DNA from: Anthoceros angustus
Lineage: Eukaryota > Plantae > Anthocerotophyta
NCBI GenBank assembly: GCA_010909165.1
Contig: VJWM01000283.1
Coordinates: forward strand, 62,001 to 126,000
DNA length: 64,000 nt
Reading direction: 5' to 3'
Within the stretch, counting starts at the first letter, position 1; each line of letters opens with the position of its first letter. The notes under the pieces were generated by a model. That model searched no databases. It had not been told where the DNA came from and saw nothing but the letters and a program-made list of their open reading frames with translations. A program made the translations under genes and the position numbers. Below are positions 56,984 through 64,000 of the stretch, piece by piece.

Positions 56984-59900
56984 ACCGTGGCGCCGACTGA
57001 CGGCCAACGCGCCACATAATCGTGTCGTTGTAGTAAGGAGTCAGTTCCCAAGAGAATGATAGGCTCCGCTTGCCACGTTTCAATCGTTTCTCACCTCAAC
57101 ATCGTGTCCGTTTCACTCAAACACACGCTGCTCACCGCTTTCGACTAACTACCGCAACGTTCACCGAATGGCCCGGCAAACGTTTAAGGACTCGGTCCGT
57201 GATCATCTAGTACCTGCGTTCTTCTAGTCCGTTCTTCTCACCACCTCTACACTCATCGTTCTTGGGAAAGCAGGGTGGCTGTCAGGACCTCCTCGCCCGC
57301 CGCCTCCGTCCGGTTTACACGCCCTCCGAGTTCCTCCGGCTCATCGCTCGTCCGCCTAACGCCCTCCGCCTGACGCAAGGGTCTCCGATTGGTTGCCCCT
57401 GCACACACCACCACACGCTAAGGTCCGTCACCGGGACCTTGATCGATCTCTTGATTTGTCGTGCTTGCTCGATGACTCAGACTCACGCTTAGCAAGAAGA
57501 CGCAAAGGTTTGCAAGGAAGCCAGATCCGCACTCAAGAGAAAGATCTTGTACTAGGGTCGCTCGCCTCTTATACGCCCAAGGTCGGCTCTTTATTACACT
57601 CTATTCGAAACATGGCCTCAAAATACCTTGCTATCCGCCTACTATTTCCCTTATTCCGCATCTACGCCGGTACGTGGGGTGGTTGCTCTCGGTTCCGCCT
57701 TGGCGGCTGGGCGGCCAAGCCCTAGCCGACAGGGCGCACCTAATCGGATGATCCGGCGGGGCCCCTACCCCTTCCCGAGACTGCTGGGGCCGAGCCACCC
57801 GGCGGCACGACAACGGATCACCACCAAGTCCTCCTCCCCCTCCTCTCTTGCCTCGCTGGTGGGCCCTTGTTCAGCGGGCCCTCTAAGAGATGGCTCTGTC
57901 TGGGCAGGTGATTGGTGACTCCCTTCTGCCCCCTGAGTGTGGACCTCAAGGTCCAGTCCGGGTCCAGTCTTCTCTATGGAGTCCGAACCTCGAGGTCCGG
58001 CCTTCTCTCCGGAGTCCGGACCTCAAGTCCGATTTCATGGGTCCGGTCCTCGGTCGGTCTTCTCTCGAGTCCGGACTGTGAGTCCGATCATGGGTCCTTG
58101 ACAGGCCTGGGTGGACTACCCAAAGGTTCATCCTCACCCACCGGGCCCTCCCTTTGGTCCAGGTTTCCCGGACCCGCTCCTTCTGACCTCCTGTGGCCTC
58201 CTCCCTCCTTCCAAGGTGAAGTGGAGTGCTTACCTCAGGCGCAGTGGCATTCATTACATCCTGCTCCTCCAGCTGATCTCCCTCCTCAGCTGGTGCTGCC
58301 GCCATGACAGCGCTCCCAACGCCCGTCGTCTTGTCTCGGGGCCTTCCTCCTCGCCAGCCTTAACGTCCGGGTCCGCTCCATCTGTCGAGGGTAACGCAGG
58401 ACCTCTAGAGCCTTGAGGAGCTCCGCGTGGTAATAGGCAAAGTCTGAATCGACTTGTTGAATTGCCTCTTCCACATGAGCCCGGAGCACCCGGTACTCCC
58501 TCCTCCATAGGTGCTCCAGAGCTGGGCATGTTGTCCCATCAACTGCTCGCCGGGCCAAAGCCAGGCAACCGGCGGGACTCCTTGAGGCCGCGAAGGCCGC
58601 CGACACCTCCTGCGCCTGCGCTCGCCGACGTGCTCCTCCTCCCTCCGTCGTTGTAGCTCTACCGCAGCGGCCATGGAGCTCTCCTCCGCCCTCCACCCAC
58701 CGCTCTTCTCCCGAGCCCTCGCCTCCGTTCATCTTTGCCCAGTCCGCCATCTCCCTCTCCAGGCCCGGTATCTCGGCCCGGCTCCTGGCTTCCTCCAACT
58801 CCTTCTTCAACTCGGCGATGTCCAACTCCTTGGATCGCCGCCAACTCTCCTCCGTCTCAAGCAGGCTGATGCCCCTATCTCCCGCTCATGGTTTGCAATC
58901 ACTGGAGGGCTCCATGTCAGCAAGCTGTATCTTGAGCTGGCTCGGGGTTTCTCATGCGTCCTCCATTTCCCGGCTCCGCTTTCCAGGCTTGGGTGGAGAT
59001 CCTCCATCTCAGGCTTGGCCTCCTTTTCCTCCGCCTTGCCTTGCCTCGCGCGTGTGGTTTGCTCTACTTGAGATTGGCCGCGTGTGTGCCCGCCGTTTCC
59101 CTCCACCGGTTCTTGTCCCTCATTAGTGGTCTCGGCCACCGGCGGCTTGACCTCCGCGCACTTTTCACCCGAGCCTCTGTGCTTGGTGCTCGCTCGCCGA
59201 GCTGTCTCGACGAGGTCCCGGGCCCGCTCCGCTTGCCTCCGGGCCTCCTCCGACTCCTTCTGCGCTGCCTCCCTCCGTTTGCAGAGGTCTCTGTAAGGCC
59301 TCTCGTTGCTTCATGCACATGTGAAGGATCACACAGTCTGTTGTCGGGACAGCATCTCTCTCCGCCTTGCCTCACCTCCACCCTTGCGAGTGACTCCGCC
59401 TTCTTTCGACCCGCTTGGGCCGCCTCTACCTGCCCCTGGAGTTCCACCATCCTTCGCCTGGTGGCCTCCACTTCTTGGGTCTTCTCCGCTGTTCCGCAGA
59501 GACCCCAAAGCATACCGTCCATGACGGTAGCCAAAACCCGCCGTGTTTCTTCCACGGCCGCCGCTGGGGAGATACCCAGGAAGTCCGCTGTGGGAGCGGG
59601 CATCTCCCGGTCCGTCAAGGACCGCCATACTGCAGTCCGGAGGGAGTCCGAACTGGACTCTCCGGACCCAATCAGGACCCTCAGGTCCTGAGTGCTTCGG
59701 TCCGGAGCCTCTACTTCTTTGGCCCTCTTGGCCGCTAGCTCCTTCTCCGCCTTCTCCGCTTGGGGCTCGGAGGTGGTGAAGAGTCCGAGGGCCTCTTGCC
59801 TCTCCCGGTCGGGGCAGAGCGGGGTGAGCCGCTGCCTCCCTCCCACTGGCAAGGCCCTTTCCGCCCTCACGCCTCCTCCGCTTCCTCCCACTCCGTCGGT

Positions 59901-61506
59901 GGGCGGCGACACGATCTGGTAGGCGCGCACCTTGCCTTCCCCATCGAGTCCGGCGAGGCTCGCGGCCGGCTCCGCTGGCCGGAGTTGCACTGCCACTCCC
60001 ATCCGGCCGCCTCTTCCTGCTTTGCGGTGGGGAACCGAGGAGAGAAGCGAATGTCTTCCACACTGGTGGCGAGGGGGGTCCGTTCAGGCGTATGAGTCCG
60101 GAATCCCTCCCGGTTGTCTCCTCCTTAGGACCCACTTGCTGGGTCGAGGGCCTCGGCCTCCTGCGCTCTTCCTTCTCTCTCGCCTCGGTAGCTGACCCTT
60201 TCCGGTAGTGCCCTCCCCTCCTTGGGGTTCATGCCCCACACATGAATGAGGCAGGCGATATGGCCGAGGGGTGGCTTCGCTTCTCGCCCGGACCTCGGTT
60301 GATTTGGGCGAAGATTATCCCCGCCAAGGCTTTCCCATACGAGGTCGTGGAGGAACACCAGTTATCACCAAGGTGGTCCACCTTGGTGAGTATTCCGATT
60401 TATAATCTCGCCCCGCCCCTGCCTGGGAGGTCCGAGCATCGACCACCCGGAGGATCGGCTGTGTCCCACAGTCGCAAAGGCCGCCTGCTTCCACCTTCCC
60501 TTCACCTTAGGGCTCCGTTACTACTCCCTACTTCCTCCTTGGGCGGTTGTAGGCCGCCTCATGACCTCCACGGCCCACCTCAGGAGTCCTCACAGTTCTT
60601 GAACGGACCTCCTTGTTGGCTGCGCTAACATTTTCAGGCGTACTCCCGGACTAAGGTGATTGCAAAGGTCCGGCAGTACCGGTCTGTGCCATTCCTCCAC
60701 CAGCTCCTCCGCCTCCTTAAGGACCAAGAATGCGTAGCGCTTGGACGATGTTGCGCTCCACCAAGCGCCATGGCTCCCACACTCCGCCGCTTTCTTGGGT
60801 CCCATCACCACGCCTTTTGTTCATTGTTGGGACTTGAGGCTCAACAATCTCTCGCTCTCGCTGGCGTTAGTCGCTCCGCAAAGTCGATCCGGCGTGAGGG
60901 TGCTGGCCTTCGAAAGACAACGCCAGAGCCGAGTGTCTGAGCGAGAGAGTAAAACCGCAGCGAGGTTGCTTGGAAGAATGACCTCATACTGGTCCACTCG
61001 CCGTAGCAAGTCGCGGGCGCCTCTGTGCATCGCTGAGGCCTGCATGGCTTACTCCGCTATACGCCTGCTTACTCGCCTTTACGCTGCATTGCCTTTACTC
61101 CCGCATTGCCGAGCGTGAATACCGCATATAACGGCAGCGACAACCCTACTGCCCCCGGGTCCGGTGCTGCATGCCCGTCACCTCTCGCATCCCCACGTGG
61201 CTTGCCGTCTCTAAAACACGCTCCAACTTCTAAGTTACTTTACTTGGCGTATTTTATCGCCCCGCCCGGTGTGGTCCGGACTTTCGGTGTGCCCCCGATG
61301 ATCGGCAGGTGGTCCGGACTCGCGATCGGTAGTCTGATACGACTTGCGGTGTTCGAGTTCCTCCTAGCCGGAGTCCCAACTACTCCCGAGTGCTATGAGT
61401 ACTACTGGACTTATTTCTTCCTTTCCGCCTTATTTTCTGCTCCGCACCTACGAAAAAAACAAAACCTAACTCATTTCCTACCCCCGGGGAGAGTCTGCGG
61501 TCCACA
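56984..61506 (-). mobile_element. Degenerate retroelement segment (Tat/Gypsy-like accessory ORF and LTR-like part) inserted in the Copia fragment
   Basis: Interrupts the Copia reading frame. Coiled-coil-rich minus ORFs 58286-58825 and 59064-60002. LTR-like segment with tataagagg at ~57030-57600 followed by a TGGCGC PBS-like site. No enzyme domain recognised. Confidence 0.45.
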
Positions 61507-61580
61507 GCAGCTAAGTGGAAATTTGCTATTGATGATGAATACAACTCATTTATCAAGAATAACACTTGGACACTTGTGGT

Positions 61581-64000
61581 AGGGAGAATCCGGGGCACTC
61601 CCGAGGTCCTCCCACTATAGCGGCCACACTTATCCCACTGCCGCTCAGACGCTTGGGTTTCGGCCCCATGAGACTTGTGTGAAAATTCGAGGCCTTGTGG
61701 TCACCAATCGCCACCTCCGCACAACTCTCCCTCTCAACAAGCAAGGCGCCACTACTCTCCCCTCACAGCAGCACCACTTGCACCGAAAATCGCCAACCTT
61801 GACCCACAAACAGCTGCAGTCCCGCCTCAGCGAGGAGTCTCACGCCTGGGGACCCCCGGTTCACACCGCGATTTCGTCCCTACTTAAGACCAAACTTCGA
61901 CCTACAACGACACAACACACCAGGTGTCCCGCCTCAAGAAGAAGGAGCCTACCACGGCGCCTGGACCCCCGGTTCACACCGCGATTTCGTCCCTACTTAA
62001 GGCTACTCTTCTCCACCTGTGGGAGCACTTTTGCATTTGGGATTCGTCCCTTAGGCTCGCCTGTGGCCTTCCACTAACACCTACACCTCTAATCCTCTAC
62101 TCATCTTCTCATCTCCTCATCCTCTTCCTCCTAGTCTAACCTCGCTTCTGGCCACTTACCCTCACGGCACAACTCCCGCCTCCACCAGCAAGTTCTTCCT
62201 TGGGCGGTTGCTATGAGTTTGACACAGGCGAGAACCTCCGAGTCTTTCCCGTAGTCTACCCTCAAGCCGAGAGTTCTCCGGGCATTTGCCACACACCCAA
62301 AGCAAAGCAATTTCACAGAACCATTCACAAGGGGAGCAACTCGTTTAGGCACTTGCGTGAGCAAGTCCTCCACCAAGCACCCGACCACCGCGACTTCCTC
62401 TCTACGACGTGGTTGGCTCACACCGCACGAAATTCCTCTCAGAATGGCAAAGGACTCGATGAGCGTGGAAGCGCAAGACATGATACTTTATTTTGTGAAA
62501 TCCTCCTCCTCTTATAGGAGGCCTTCCACATACAACCTCCCTTGGGTGACCCCTACGCAGTCACCTTTTCCAATATTCTATTATTTCCTACAGATTTAAG
62601 GCTGGCATCTAAGTCTATCGATCCTAGGTAAATTCTATTCTAGCAACTTCACCTATGGCCACTCTTTAATGTTGCCAACCTACACCACCTATCCTTCCCA
62701 TTCCCCAAAGCTCATTTATGGTCATTGACAATTCTCAGGTCCTTATCTTGTCTGACGGGTTCCCTTAGTTGGTCTTCTCATCCCCTTTTGCTGCTGGTCT
62801 TCCCTTTTTGCTGGTCTTCCCGACCTCGACTCCCTATGACTTTTGGGCAATACCTTCCCGCCTTCGACCTTTGGGGCAAGTACCTTGCCTTCTTCCGCCT
62901 GGGCGGCGCCCGATTCCTCTTGCCATCCAGCAATCGCGCCTTCCGCACTTTCGAATGGCCCATCTTCTAGCCTCCCGGCGGCGCTCCTTCAAAGGGCACC
63001 TACCGCGTAGTCGCAGACTCGGTAGGTGACTACCATGGTAGTCGGTCCCTATCTCCTTCCCTCTTCCTCATCGGTGATGGTCCACAGGGTTGAGATCCTT
63101 TTTGCTCCTTTCCTGTTGTTTGATTTGTCCATACCTATTATGGAGCATGTTTTCAAAGGTTCCTCCCCATTTCTGACCGATGTTGTCACCTCGCTAATTC
63201 CTCCGGGCCTTCTTTGCGTGGTCTCCTCTCTCTGGCTGGCTCCTCCCTTATCCGTGGGGTGAGGGAATTTCTTACCCTTCTCGCCTTCACGGGCCATACT
63301 TCTTTGGTCTCCTCGGTGGCATTGCTCCTCAACCACCTTATCATCTATCTTAGGGGCATGTTGCGGATCCCCCGCCCTTCCATCCTCAATCCCTTCGTGG
63401 CTGGCTCCCCTCGGTCCTCCAGAGGTACCGCCTCACGCCGGGCAGACTACCACGAGGTGGCACCTACCACGGTAGTCCGGGGACTGGTAGGGTGGTCACC
63501 GTGGTAGGGGGTGACCCCCTACCTTGCTTCTGCGCCATCTCCTTCCTTTGGCGCCGAGGACTCATCCTCCTCTCCTTCACTTGTGGAACAAGTGACCTCC
63601 TTCTCTGCACTTATGTTGGTAGGTTGAGCTCCTCTTTGTGATTTTTCATTCTCCTAGGGAGACAACCTCCTCCTTAACATCTCCGGGGCCAAAGTACTTG
63701 CCTCCCCTACCATCGCCTCCCCTCAATAGCACTTGCATCCATTGCCTCCTGACCCACGCGTAGGCACGCCCCGCCGGTAGGCGCCTCCCCACGGAGAGGC
63801 TGCCTCCCACCGTGGTAGGCCTTCTTCCCTCCTGTTTCCTTATGGCACTATGGGCTCCTCTCTCGCCATTTCTTCTCCAAACTCCTCGGAGTCCATATCG
63901 CTTGTGACCTCATCAAAATCTAAGGCCCTGCTTACTGCAGAGGGCCTCCCTATCATCATCGTGTGGCCCAAGCATCCTCCTCTTCACAATTATTGTAGGC
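61581..64000. mobile_element. Further degenerate retroelement-like sequence running off the window
   Basis: Truncates the Copia RT fragment at ~61580. 40-bp direct repeat ggacccccggttcacaccgcgatttcgtccctacttaag at ~61850 and ~61963. No domain recognised. Confidence 0.3.

Noticed and set aside
57912-60135. Long overlapping ORFs on both strands
   Set aside because: GC-rich, stop-poor TE sequence with no domain motifs; not called as host genes.

Overview
Eukaryotic, plant-type genomic DNA, most likely from a non-seed streptophyte (inferred from gene style and TE content). It holds one intact, intron-rich host gene, a UBP12/UBP13 (USP7-type) deubiquitinase on the minus strand at 48288-55430, surrounded by nested transposable elements. 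The elements are a Gypsy pol remnant, a CACTA element, a DUF7869/Sola-like DDD transposase, a Copia element with both LTRs and a GCTAG target-site duplication, and several further retroelement fragments. The main result is three DNA-methyltransferase-like genes of two classes in mobile DNA. (1) A 6.15-kb retroelement (34588-40736, minus) inserted in the Copia gag encodes gag-protease-DNMT3-like C5 methyltransferase-[deleted RT region]-PHD. It has split direct repeats (A...BAB), a PPT, a predicted Tf1-like self-priming site and a shared CATG core at its junctions, suggesting integration of a two-LTR circle by recombination. (2) Two diverged copies of a ParB-like + beta-class amino (N6A/N4C) methyltransferase gene share a non-canonical DLPRG catalytic motif. 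One is at about 1240-3560; the other is split by the Copia (about 24190-26051 + 42545-44040) and lies head-to-head with the Sola-like transposase. TE sequence is full of 1-bp indels and jump-back duplications, whereas the host exons I translated have no frameshifts. Many TE frameshifts may therefore be uncorrected sequencing or assembly errors. All protein calls come from manual motif reading across frameshifts; no database search was run.
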